Source: Chara braunii (lineage: Eukaryota > Plantae > Charophyceae). Taken from it: a DNA stretch of 63,966 bases. A program made the translations under genes and the position numbers. This document shows positions 12,065 to 23,700 of the stretch, piece by piece. The notes under the pieces were generated by a model that saw only the letters and a program-made list of their open reading frames with translations, was not told the DNA's origin and ran no database searches. Where the stretch lies: contig BFEA01000037.1 of the NCBI GenBank assembly GCA_003427395.1, positions 3,309,877 through 3,373,842 on the forward strand, in the 5' to 3' direction. The first letter of the stretch is position 1; every line of letters starts with the position of its first letter.

Positions 12065-12830
12065 GTGGGTGGGGCCGATAGTCGGGGATGGGGATGAGAG
12101 TCAGGGACAGGGATGAGAAACGGGGGTGGGGACGAGAGTCGGATGGAGGGATTGGATGGGATCGGTATGAGTCGGGGATGGGATCGGGTCAAATCGGGGA
12201 TGAGGACGAAAGACAGTGTCGGGGAGGGGGAGGGAGTGAAGGTGGGGGTGGAATGTTGGTATTCAGAGTGTGACTGGGTGGGATCGGGACGAGACGGGGT
12301 TGGGGACGAGAGTTGGGGATGGGGACGACTGTCGGGGACGGGGATGAGAGTCGGGGGTGGGGACGAGAGAGGGGGAGTGGGAGAGTGGGACTGGATCGGA
12401 ACGGGACGAGTTGGGGATGGGATCGGGGTGTATCGGGGGTGGGGACATAAGTCGAAGACAGGGAAGGGGGGGAGGTGGAGGTGGGGCGGTTATCTTGGTA
12501 TTCGGTGTGGGGCTGGGTTGGATTGGGACGAGTCAGGGTCGGGGACGAGCGTCCGGGATGGGGCTGAGAGTCAGGGCTGGGGACGAGAGTCTGGCAGTGG
12601 ACCTGGGTGGAGTTGGGATTAGTCGGAGCTGGGATCGGGGCGAAAAGGGGCAGGGGACTAAAGATGGAGACGGGGAGGGGGGGGTATGGGGGGAGGAGAG
12701 GTCGGGGTAGGTATGGAGGTGGGTGATGTGGGTGATGGGTATATGGGGTGGGGTGGGGTGCTATGGGGGAGGAAGAAGGGGGAGGAAGAAGGGGCGGGAA
12801 ACGGGGATGGGGGTCTGGAGTCTGGGACTC
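12065..12830 (+). repeat. G-rich low-complexity tract (GGGACGAGAGTC-like subunits) with G-quadruplex potential
   Basis: Dense G3-G6 runs and recurrent GGGACGAG / GGGGATGGG. Confidence 0.75.
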
Positions 12831-13937
12831 TCTTCTCTTGAACACTTATTAGTAATAATAGATAATAGGTTAAGCGTTCAGCCGATAAAAAATAGGCTGA
12901 TGGTGACCTGTAAGTCCTATTTGTTTGGAAATTGATCTCCTTTCAAATCCGATGTCGAGTTTGATGGTGTGCCGCTCCCTTAAGCAGTCTTCAGCCCTTC
13001 TCTCATCTCGCCGCGTGCGCGTTTGTCGTTGTTTCGAGCTTGTCGCTTGTGATTTGGGTTTTCGAAAGTTGAATGGCTGGCGAGAACTTACCCGTGTCTC
13101 CGTGTGTGCTCCAGTGCGCTCTGTTCTGACCTTGTGAGGCGAACGCTTGTAGGTGTGGTTGTCGTGCTCCCCGCTCCTCTGAGGACGAAGGACCTCTTAC
13201 TTGTCGCATTCTTCAGTGATCCTTGGTCATCATCATGCCGTGTCTTTCTTCCTTCCCTATCTCTCCTCACCTTTACTCCCTCGTACCTTTCCTGTCGTTA
13301 TCTCTCCTTTTCTCTTTCACCTCCTCTTGTCTCTTTCTTGAATTTGAGCCCGGCCTCGTCCGTGAGTGTGGCCCGATTTGTCCTTCTTCCTCCTTGTCTT
13401 TTACCTTTTCCCACTATCTTCCCGTACGGACTTGATCCCCAAGGGTGGGAGTCTCCTCTTTTGTCTTTACTCAAAATTAGATGCGACTCCCCGTCTCCTC
13501 CCTTTTTTACACTGTACTCTGGGAAAATTGAGTGCTCCTCTTCTCTTCGCCTTCCGTCGCTGTTGTCCTTTCTTGTTCTTAGTAGTATCCCCTATCTCTT
13601 GTTGATCACGTAGACATCGTTGGTCTTCCCTTCCTTCCCTCTCCTTCTCCCTCTCTCCCCGACACTTTTTGTCGTTTCCTTGATTGCGAGTAGCCACGCC
13701 CGAGGGCGTGGCGAGGTGTGGAACGAAAACGCCCCCCCTGTTTCCCGCCTTCAAGGTGCTACTTTCGAATTCGAAGTGTGGCGATGTTTGCGCGCGGCTC
13801 GTGTTTCCGCGTGGAGGAAAAAATTTCCCTTGGCGCGGTGGCGAGATTTAGCGCTCGGTGTTTGCGCTAACCGGACCGGCGCTAGCGCTCAGTGTTTGCG
13901 CTTTCGCAAGAATTCAGACCTGGTGCAATGACCTGGT

Positions 13938-15475
13938 CATGTATGTACACTTATTGGGCTGATACCTGGGATTCCGAACATCTTGAGGAACTCCCGGAAT
14001 ATTCCTCGTATTTTGCCCAAGCATAGGTCTACGGATTTAGGTAAGCAACTGGTATCGGTCGCTAGCTATCTAAGGTCTGATTTAGTGGTTTCTAAATCTC
14101 CTTCTGTTGGACTTCCCTTGACTCTGAGGACATCCTTCACATCCAAGATCTTTCCTCTTGGTACGACAGATTGAAGATGTTTGTCTGTGTGCCAATAGAT
14201 CGAAATGTGGCTGATACCTTAATTGTTTGTCCGGTTATTTACCGCCATTACCTGTTCATGACTTTTAACTGGAGTTTATCCTTTCAGCCTATGAGGATTG
14301 ATGATGGTCTTCTGATGAAGGACATGAGAAATATCTTTGAGGAGAGGGGGCTTACTGCTTTGGGTAAGTGGGACCCAGCGGGTACGTTTGGGAATGCGTA
14401 CGTGCTCCCTAAACACAAAGATCTTACCAGATGGCGTCCCATTTGACCTACGTGTGCTGAACCCACCAGGGTAGCAAGCGCACATGTCGCTCGGGCTCTG
14501 GACGCTTTGCTTTTTGTGCTGCCTTACCGGACATCCTTCAATCTCAAGGCTGTTATGGACTTTGTACCGGGCATCCGAGATATGGATTGTCGGTTTCACA
14601 ACCTGCCTGACCTCTATGATATCCTCATTGCCTCGTTCGATATCAAAGATATGTTGTGTCATTACCGCATGAAGATATCATTGTGGCGTTCGACTGGTTC
14701 CTGGACTACTTTCGCAAACAAGGGTGTCGGGTGGTCAAGGTGGCAAAGAGAGGGCATAAGGCATGGCTGTCTTATGGTGGCTCATGTGATGAATGCATTA
14801 TGGTTACTCTTTCATCAATGCGTGATATGGTACGTGTCGACTTGGCTTTTGCCTTCATCTTTTCGGGAGGCCAGCTTCTCAGGCAGGTAATAGGGGTGCC
14901 AATGGGCAAATCTTCTAGCTGTCCCTTGTATGTATCTTACTCACTTTCTCTGAATGGAAATTTCTTTCCTCTCTAGGTCAAGATCGCTGTCTGATTGAAG
15001 GTTTTAGGATCATCGACGATGTTACCATATTCATTCCGGTAGCAGGGTGCAATGGTGTGGTATACGCTAAGCGTATTTTGGACGATTTTCAAAATTGCTA
15101 CGGTAAGGTACCCCGTCTTGTGAGGACAGATGATGGCTCGGAACACTGGACATTTGGTGGGATGGATGTTTACAGGCATGGCTTTACCCTTTGCACAGTT
15201 GCGATCGTCAAGAACACAGCCTGTATTCGGGATACTGGTAGCTTGGTTTTCGGTAGTTTCCAGGACTTCAATTCGTACTCATGCAAGAGAGCTACGGTAA
15301 GCGCTATCCTGAGTACTCACCAGGGATCACTGGGGACAGCGGGAGACAATCTTGGCAGTTAAGGGAATTGCTTCTCAGGGGTTACCCTTTGAGGCTGGTG
15401 CTCTCCACCTTCCGGCGATTCGGTGATAAGCTTGGACCGGAGGCGGCTGAGGTGCTATCTTTAATTGTACACTAA
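13938..15475 (+). pseudogene. PLE-1 ORF2 C-terminal part: Penelope-type reverse transcriptase (frameshifted)
   Basis: PIDRN, AYVLPKHKDLTRWRPI, SFDIKDM, RQVIGVPMGKSSS, and GFRIIDDV at ~15000-15023; homologous to the PLE-2 RT. Confidence 0.88.
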
Positions 15476-16394
15476 TTCTCGTGTTGATGGGGGATTTTTA
15501 TCCGATGAAGGTGCAAATGGGGCCTGGACATTTGGCAAGCAAGCCTTCCGTGCCTAGGCTCCCCTTTTTCTGTTTGTGGTTTTGGTATCCCCTGGGCCTG
15601 AGTACCATGCGGAACCACACTCCCTGAGCAGACCCTTTGGCGCTGGCTACCCGGGGACCTCCTCTGAGGGAGTTCGACCCCCGCTGGGGCATTCCTACCT
15701 TTGACATTTCTCCTAATGTATCTCACGACCTTTTTCACTCCTGAGCATCTGGACCTGTGTATCGGGTCGAGTTTCAGGGTTTGTTACGCCGTCTTTTCAA
15801 TGCAGGGTAGCCCGTTGGTTTTTTGGAGACAGTTTCAAGGGTACGCTCGCCTCCAAGGACTCTTCTGATGTGCGCCTAGGGTTCTGGTATATACTGGGCA
15901 CGCACGTCGGTCTGGTCCTATGCGAGGACCGTGTACGCCGGCAGGAGGCCGTAACGCTGCTACTCTTTTGTTTGTACTTTCGACGTGCACTTTCCGGAAT
16001 GGTTTCAGTTTCCATTGCCGACGCCGTGCTGCCAGCGCTGCCATCTCCAGTCCAGCTCGACTGATTGCTTCGTCTGGACAGAGCACCTTCATGCTGAGCT
16101 GATGCGATTGGGTGTGCGATTCCTGTCGGCTTTCTCGTGTGTGTTTGTCTGCTTTGTGTAATTGTCTTTGGTTGCAGGTGACCCAGATTGCCTCCTGATG
16201 GCGCTGCTGAGTACTCTCATGTTTCGGTTTCTTCGGATTCTCCTACCACGCGATTTGCACCGTTGTGATGCCTTCTTTTCGGATCGGGGCTTGGGTCGAC
16301 TTTGGGTAGCAGATTTACATACCAGGATGGGTGTAGGATAGCTATATAATGGGGCAAGGCACGAGGTATGGCCCCATGCTTAGTGTTGCGATCT

Positions 16395-16441
16395 TCCTCC
16401 TGAAGAGTCTGTGTCACGGCGCAGACGAAACGCGTCGAGGG
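16395..16441 (+). ncRNA. Type I (minimal, Penelope-type) hammerhead ribozyme
   Basis: TCCTC-CTGAAGA-GTCTGTG-tcacgg-CGCAGAC-GAAA-CGCGTC-GAGGG: complete core, 7-bp stem II, stem I CCTC/GAGG, palindromic ACGCGT stem III; predicted cleavage after 16436. Confidence 0.9.
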
Positions 16442-17384
16442 TTTGCCGTATGCGCTGGTTATCTTGTAATTCTGAGAGGATTACTTGTTCCCAATACTCT
16501 TTGCGTGCGTGCCGAGACTTTGCAACTTGCGTGTATCTTTCTGTCTCCGTCCTCATGCTCACATTGTCTTTGCCGGACTCTATTCTTTATTCTTTACTGA
16601 TGTCGCCGGCGTACGCTGTGCTGCAGGTCGCTGGAGCCAAGTCCAGCTATGGCGCCCAGGTACGTACTCGAACGCTGCAGGTATGGCCTCCACCCTGTCT
16701 CCCTACCTACTCCTCTATCTCTAACTCCAACACAGCGCTGTGTCGCGCACTGCTCCAGCAGCGTGTCGCCCAAGAAGTGAGCTACTCGAACTGTGTGTGT
16801 GCCCAGCTGCTGCCCAGCTATAAGTAGCGCTTAACCTGGCTGGGCGCGCCTCTGATGCTGGCCTCAAACGACCCACTCGGTCTGGGCCCCTACCGGTGTC
16901 CAGACCATGCTGCTGATGCAGCAAGGCGCAAAAATGCGCCTGGCCTAAAAACGACCTTGCTCCTGTGTACCCAGCCCAAGGCGTAGCCTTGGGCCCTGCA
17001 AGTCCGAAACGACGTCCGCACAGACAAAAATAGGACAGCAAATAAGTAAGTAAATAAATAAATAAATAAATAAATGCTGCCTGTAATCGAAACCTGCAGC
17101 CTCGGGGGCACCGTGGGCCTCCAGGGCGCGTGTCCGATGGGCACGCGGCCTGGGGGCACCTCAGCAACCATCGGGTCCCTGAAATGGGGCCCGTGTGCAG
17201 GCTCAGCATGTAACAGGCGGCCAGGACCCGGAAAACGGCCTGCGCCGCCCCTTTATTTTTTTCGATTTTTGCCCTGGGGGCCTCCATCCGGACATAAGGA
17301 CCGGACACCGGACACCGGACACCGAACATGTTTTTCTGGACTGTCTGGAACCCGGTCCGGACGTCCGGTCGGTTAGCCTGGTCT

Positions 17385-18150
17385 ATCTACGGCGAATTCT
17401 TAGTTCTGGTTATCCAGCACACTCATAAAACCACATAAAAGTATGTAGGTCCAGACTTATCCTATCCTTCTCCCCACTGGTCCAGGCTTGAAAAGTCTCT
17501 CCTTCTCCCTATTCCCCTACTTAGAGACTGACCTCCCTTAGCTATTCCCCAATCCCTATCCCTCATTATCCCTTACTGGTCCGTATGACCCTTAGCCATT
17601 CCACAATCCCTATCCCTCATTATCGCTTTCCAGTCCATATCATACAGTCCCAGAATCATGGCACTGCCCATCATGTATAGTGCTACAATAGTAGGTTAGA
17701 GGGATCCACAACAAACCTGTCTTATAGACTATAATTAGTGGAACATGCGTCAAGTCACAAACTGTCCTACCCTTATCCAAACAGAATCGGCGAGCGACCA
17801 CTGCCCTGAGTACGTCCTCCCTTCCCACTGACTGTCCAGAAGTGCCTGGGCCATAGGAAGCAGTCACCTACATGCCTCTGAACGGGAGAAGAGTGTGAAC
17901 AGAAACCTCCGAGCACCAGTACACGGCCCCAGCCTTGCAGAAAAATGAACTCGTCGCCACAAGAAAATTCCCGGGCTCGGGGAAGGCCTGGAAGAGCGAC
18001 GGGGGTAGGAAGCCCATGGGCCCAACGGAAAAGAAAAACGGGCTGTAAGATGTCCTTCTGGTTCAGGCCGTGCATGCGGAAACACACTGTGACACACGTA
18101 CGAGAGGCCAAAGGCAACAAACAACCCAAAAAAAAAAAAAAAAAAAAAAA
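17385..18150 (+). mobile_element. 5'-truncated non-LTR retroelement 3' fragment ending in poly(A)
   Basis: Poly(A) at 18128-18150; non-coding; internal ~55-bp duplication (CAATCCCTATCCCTCATTATC twice). No TSD found; left boundary approximate. Confidence 0.5.
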
Positions 18151-18720
18151 GCAAGCACCTGTTGAAACAGGTACCTTGCTCGTTTTTGGACACAGGTGGT
18201 CTCCAGAAACGAGGCAGGCGACATCCGAAAACTGGCGGCCGGGGGGGACCGGGGCGCCGCCGTGGTTAGCGCTAACGCGCAACTCGCTGCGGCTGACACG
18301 ACGCTATGTTTCTTCGGCATTTTCTATGATTATGTCGTGCCGCTTGACCGCCATGGTTATGCTATGGCGGTAAGGCACGAAGGCTACCTTTCACCTAGAA
18401 AGGACACGGCGCCTTATGGTGTCGAGCCTATCACCTGCTAGTGGCCCGGCCCCCTGCCCAACCTTCCATATGCTACGAGCTACCAGGAACGTCCCAATGA
18501 AGAGCAGTTGACCAGTTGGACTCCCGTATCGGGAGACAAGGTATCGAAGACGAGGATCAACAACAATGGTATTCTCTGCCTTCCGCCAAAGCGCCTTTAT
18601 GCTTGATTCTCAGGGAGAAAAACTGTTATTCTAAGTTATTAAGAAGCCTCAATACTAACAGTAAGAATAATTAGAGTAATTTTTCCCTTGCGCTGAAATA
18701 TTTATCAACAGCTGACGACC

Positions 18721-20742
18721 ATGGAGGAGGGTCAAGGGCAGGATGATAGAAATGAACAGTATGAGGAGGAAATGACGAAGATCTATACGGAGGAGGAAAA
18801 AGAGCAAATCAACTCTCTCCTAGAGTTATGCTTTAGGGATGGGATTATGCCGGCAGGTCTTGACGTCGGGGTAGCAGAAGTGACGGATGAGATAGCCCGA
18901 TTTGACCTTAATGAAGAATTCTCCAACCAGAATGTCGAATGGTTGATAAAACACGCAGTCACGGTCCAATTTTTAAACGATGCAGCTGTTCTCTCCAACA
19001 GTTTGAAAAAGAAGTTGGTGAGAATATATGAAAACGCGTGGTATGATTCTGGTCTTTTGGATGAAGGAATCACGAGGGGTCGTTATCAGAGCGAAGGGAA
19101 GAATCTATGCTCTTTTGTTTCTTCCCAGACCAGTGTAATAGAATGGATGTTGCACAAGGAATCGGATGTGATCGTCCTAGAAGGGAAGGAATATCGCGTT
19201 GCCTTTTTGCCTTGGATGACCTTTTTGGAGATGAGAGAATTCAAGGACACTACCCCAAAGATTTTCTGGGTTCGTTGTCCTAGGGTCCCTTTGCAGTTGA
19301 TGTCAACACTGCAAAACGCAATCGAGAAAACTTTCGGAGCAGCGGTGAAAAACTACCCGACAGAACAGGACGATGAGGAACCTGAATTGGGGTCAGTCAG
19401 ATTTGACCTCAAAATTCAGGCGAAAGAACGGGTGCGCCCCCGATTGGTAGTAGGAATCCCTAATCAGGGTGACTACTACTTCAAAGTTCTCTCGGCCAGC
19501 ACCCCATGGTGCGAACAGTGCAAGACCTTTTACCATAAGGAAACTGATGAGTGTTGTCCGGTAAAGGCAGAAGCGGAATTCGATCCTTTTGCGCCAGAAG
19601 GGGAGAAACCCACCCCCCCGAAGCCACCCTTCTCTGGATTCGTACCTCTTGGCGAGACCCCCCCCGTGGCCGGCTTTAGAAGATTTCCCCGAAGAGGAGA
19701 GAAGAAGAACCGGTGGAGGAATCAATCAGGGAGAGAGGAAAGGGGGAACCAGGGGCAGAGATTTAAAGACAATAACAGCGAAGGGAGCACGTCAGGGAAT
19801 AGAAAAGGGAACGGAGGTGGGGGCCATCGCCTGCGAAGAATAAAGGAGAAATCCAAAACGACCACCTCCCGAGACTTGAGGAAGGGGAAGAGTTACGAGG
19901 AGGAAGGAACCGAAGAAGAGGATGGAATGGAGGGTACTTCCCTGATGGAAGAACAGGCGGCAGGGGTCCTGGCGAAGGGAAGAATACAGGGCCAGAAAAG
20001 AGGGGAGGTCTCCTCCTCGCAGGGCAAGAGATGGATCCCGGTAGGACAGGGGGATCGAGCTTACAACGATCTCCATAGAGATCAGGGTGGAGGAATGATG
20101 GGAATGGCTGGCGTGATCCCAACGTTGGGACAAGAGGACGCTAACATACCGAAAATTTTTGTGCCAATAATATTAGCTAATTCAACGCATGGAATCTTAG
20201 TTATGGCCAATCTCCTTGCAAATGGAGCAATGGAACTCCCGACTGCGTATGCGGAAGAAGCCCTTACCGAATCAGTCATAATGTCAAAGGTCAAGAAATT
20301 GGTGCCGGCATGCCTGAGCCTTCGGTTGATCTCCACCCTGAGAGTGGGAGTGGACACAACACAGGATTGTTTGGGGAACAGAGTAAGAATGTACTATGTT
20401 TTTCTGGATGATCGTATGACCAATACTATTAAGAAGCATCTTGAAACCTTGGACAAAGGTTGGTTTCCCCTATCAATCCTGAGCTCGCCTTTGAACGATG
20501 GATTGGACAGCATACTCTTCAAAGGGTATTTCTCTGCCCGAACCATTGCAAAATGGTTGTTCCACTCAGCTCACAGAAAGGTGTTGTTCTCAGAATCCTT
20601 CGTTGATACTTTGTTACTGCCTTGGGAAGAAGGAACAGGGGGCAGCGAAGGAATTCGCAGAAGGAAAAAGGGGGAGACAGATATCGAAGACGAGAGCCGT
20701 ATCCATGACACACACGGCCCCGGGGTAGCAAATGCCTCTTAG
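18721..20742 (+). CDS. LINE-B ORF1 protein (673 aa): RRM-like region, zinc-knuckle variant, disordered linker, C-terminal globular domain
   Basis: Uninterrupted ATG-TAG ORF; FWVRCPRVPLQL...TFG; CEQCKTFYHKETDEC; overlaps the ORF2 start by 11 nt. Confidence 0.85.
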   Translation: MEEGQGQDDRNEQYEEEMTKIYTEEEKEQINSLLELCFRDGIMPAGLDVGVAEVTDEIARFDLNEEFSNQNVEWLIKHAVTVQFLNDAAVLSNSLKKKLVRIYENAWYDSGLLDEGITRGRYQSEGKNLCSFVSSQTSVIEWMLHKESDVIVLEGKEYRVAFLPWMTFLEMREFKDTTPKIFWVRCPRVPLQLMSTLQNAIEKTFGAAVKNYPTEQDDEEPELGSVRFDLKIQAKERVRPRLVVGIPNQGDYYFKVLSASTPWCEQCKTFYHKETDECCPVKAEAEFDPFAPEGEKPTPPKPPFSGFVPLGETPPVAGFRRFPRRGEKKNRWRNQSGREERGNQGQRFKDNNSEGSTSGNRKGNGGGGHRLRRIKEKSKTTTSRDLRKGKSYEEEGTEEEDGMEGTSLMEEQAAGVLAKGRIQGQKRGEVSSSQGKRWIPVGQGDRAYNDLHRDQGGGMMGMAGVIPTLGQEDANIPKIFVPIILANSTHGILVMANLLANGAMELPTAYAEEALTESVIMSKVKKLVPACLSLRLISTLRVGVDTTQDCLGNRVRMYYVFLDDRMTNTIKKHLETLDKGWFPLSILSSPLNDGLDSILFKGYFSARTIAKWLFHSAHRKVLFSESFVDTLLLPWEEGTGGSEGIRRRKKGETDIEDESRIHDTHGPGVANAS

Positions 20743-23700
20743 AGGCAAGCTGCGTATCGCGACATGGAATCTACGTGCCCTTTGTGATACAGGGAAGAAA
20801 TTCAAAAGAGACAGACTGAAAAGTTGGATTCACAATAAGAACATCCACGTGTTGTGTATACAAGAATCAAAGCTAGATGAGACACGTATGAAAAAAACGC
20901 CTTCTTGGTGGAAGGGCCATTATTTTTGGGCTCCTGCACGAGGTGAGGTTGGGTCTCAAGGTACTAGAGGGGGAGTTGGAATCCTCATCCATAAGGATTT
21001 AAAGATTACAGTGATTGATCAAATGATGGATGTATGGGGTAGGTGGATCTGGATTAAGATACTACTAGAAAACGAAATATGGACCATCATGTCTATTTAC
21101 ACCCCTACTGATTACGGAGAAAGGATAACTTTCCTCTCAGAATTACTGAGCTTCGTGCCTGATTCAGAGAATCTGGTTATAGGCGCAGACTGGAATACGG
21201 TACTTAACCCAGGCTTGGACAGTCCGAAAAGAGGACCTATTCGCACTGATAGTCGGTTATTAAACGCCTTTCTGGCCTCACAAGGACTGACGGACGCTTT
21301 TCGCGTAATGTACCCGGACACACCAGATTATACGTGGCATGACTCTCAATCCCCACCTATACGCCGAAGACTGGATTTTATTCTAATGAGGGGGGCCTCC
21401 TGGGCGAACTGTACGCAGGTGGAGACTTTCTTCGCCTCGCTATCAGATCACCTACTGGTGGTTGCCTCCTTTAAATTAGCCCACCAGGTTAAATTTGGAA
21501 AATCATATTTCAAATTGAACACACAACACATGTCGGATGCTGATGTAATTCAGTGGATCAAGGAACATCTTGAGCAATGGGAACAAGCAAGGTATCTTTT
21601 TGACGCAGAGGAGGTTTGGTTGGAAGTTGGCCTTCGTATAATGCAAGGCTCACTTAGTAATATTTCTCAAATCAAAGCTATGACCAAGAATAGTAAGGAG
21701 AGAAGACTATTGGGAATAGTAGCCCAAGCGGAGAAGGAGTTTGGGAAACACCCAATCTCCGATGCTTATTGAAGAGCTAGAAGGAAGCGCAGCCTGTTGG
21801 AGCTAGAACGGATAGAAATTAAAAAAAACAGGAACTACAGGAGATCGTATGACAAAAGACACCTTCCGGAGGCTTATGCTACAGACAGCAAAAAAACCCA
21901 TGAAGGAACTGGCGCACCCTTTTGCAACCACACCAATAATATCAGATGATTTGGACCGAATGTGCGAGTTTGCAAGATTATATTTTCAAGATATCTTGTC
22001 ATCAAGAAGGACATTTGACACAATGGAAACAGACTTGAGAGAGCAGACCAACTTTTGGAATAAGACCAAGACTAGACTCCCCACGCAGGTGAGACTTGAC
22101 TTGGACAAGCCAATAAACCCAGAAGAACTGACACAGGCAGTGAAGAGGATGGCGAAGGGGAAGACCCCGGGGGACGATGGGCTCCCCATTGAGATGTATC
22201 TAGCAGTATGGGCTACGATCAGTCCCCTCTTATTACGAATTTATAACAATGTTCTAACGGGTGGTCAATTAACTAAAGGAATGATGAAAGGAATAATATC
22301 ATTTATTTATAAGAAAGGGGAAAAATCGGATGTCCGAAACTGGAGACCAATATCGTTACTAAACGTCTCCTACAAGTTGTTGGTCAAAGTACTAGCAAGT
22401 TGATTGGCAAGATATCTTCCTGCGCTAACAGGGAATGAACAGGGTGCCTTTATTAAACACCGATCAATCATGGACAATATAGCCTCTACAATCCAAGCCT
22501 TAAAGATAATAGCTGCAGAAAGAAGGGATGTAGCTGTTCTTCTTTTAGACATGGAAAAAACATATGATCGGGTTGCTTGGGCTTTTGTGATGACGACATT
22601 GAAACACTTGGGGTTTGGCCCAAATTTTTGTCAGTGGGTAAAAATTATGTATTCAACGGCCACCGCTGCAGTCACGGTGAACGGGTAGATTTCTAAGGAA
22701 TTCTCACTCTCTCGCTCCTTACGACAAGGATGCCCGCTAGCACCCCTACTTTTTGTGCTACATTTGGAAATCCTGCTAGATAACATTTGTCAAAATGATC
22801 GAATCGAAGGATTGAAGTTGAATGACCAATTACAATGGAAGGGAGGAGCGTTGGCGGACGACTTGACAATAGCATATAGAAACACCACCTTGAATCTGAG
22901 AGAATTAAGAATGGTATTAAATAACTATTGTACCTACTATGAGGCTTCTATTAACTGGAATAAATCGGTTTATTTTCTCCCTGAAGAATTCAAATTGAAT
23001 GCCAACTGGGGACTAGGAGCAGTACCGGCAGGTGCATCAGACCGATTTCTTGGTGTACAAGTGTCTTTGTCAGAGAATGCATCATCAAGACATGGTTTTG
23101 GAAGAGAGAGTGATCAATAGACTGGCCAGCTGGCAGCACACACGGCACCTATCACTGCTGGGCAGGGCCTTGGTTATATCGACAGCAGGGTTTTCAGTAT
23201 TGTGGTTTACCTTGGCGGTCCATTTACTAGGCAACTCTGCATACAAGAACATCAAGAGGGCAGCAGCGAAGATCCTGTGGAAACCCGAAGTGACTAAAGA
23301 TGACGGGTTCATGTCCAAAGTAGCATGGGACACTGTCTCCTTTCCACGAGCAGAAGGAGGATTGGGCATTTTGGATCCCTACAGACATAGCTTGGCCCTC
23401 CTAGCTAAGTGGGTAGTGAAAGCTATGTTAACAGAGGGTATGCCCCCGTGGCTAAGTCTAGCATTGACTATATTAGTACAGGAATGGTCACTGAGTCGAA
23501 CAGAAGATGTCTTGGCATGCCTTACGATTAAGTCCTATGTGTGCAAACGACCGAAGTCAACATTTTGGAGGAACATCTTGACAGCCTGGCAAAAGTTCTT
23601 CCCCACAGAAAGACGTCACCCCGTTACGAAGGAAGCAGTGCTCAATCAGATTATTTTTGAAAATCCGTTGATATTAGATAATCGGGGGGCAGAGTTCTCA

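Larger units (their letters stand above)
2881..13937 (-). mobile_element. LINE-A: L1/Tx1-type non-LTR retrotransposon insertion with poly(A) tail and TSD
   Basis: Poly(T) at 2881-2898; TSD CATGTATGTACAC(TT) at 2868-2880 and 13938-13950; ORF1 and ORF2 remnants on the minus strand. Confidence 0.93.
400..16600 (+). mobile_element. PLE-1: degenerate Chlamys/Naiad-type Penelope-like retroelement (ORF1, GIY-YIG, RT, 3' hammerhead), interrupted by LINE-A at 2881-13937; outer ends approximate
   Basis: Domain order is CCHC ORF1, GIY-YIG-like, linker, RT. The reading frame rejoins across the TSD as GFHVCTL|IGLIPGIPNILRNSRNIP, matching PLE-2 GHVRVRLNEIPGIEPFVHNSRNVP. Hammerhead at 16395-16441. Confidence 0.85.

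Noticed and set aside
13178-13200. CTGAGGA-CGAA as a hammerhead core
   Set aside because: No stem II and no GAAA / stem III.
13938-15475. Group II intron, retron or telomerase RT
   Set aside because: Motifs, the upstream GIY-YIG and the hammerhead fit Penelope-like elements; no intron domain V was seen.
17200-17380. hAT-like MITE with CCGGACA subrepeats
   Set aside because: Subrepeats are real, but no convincing TIR pair or TSD.
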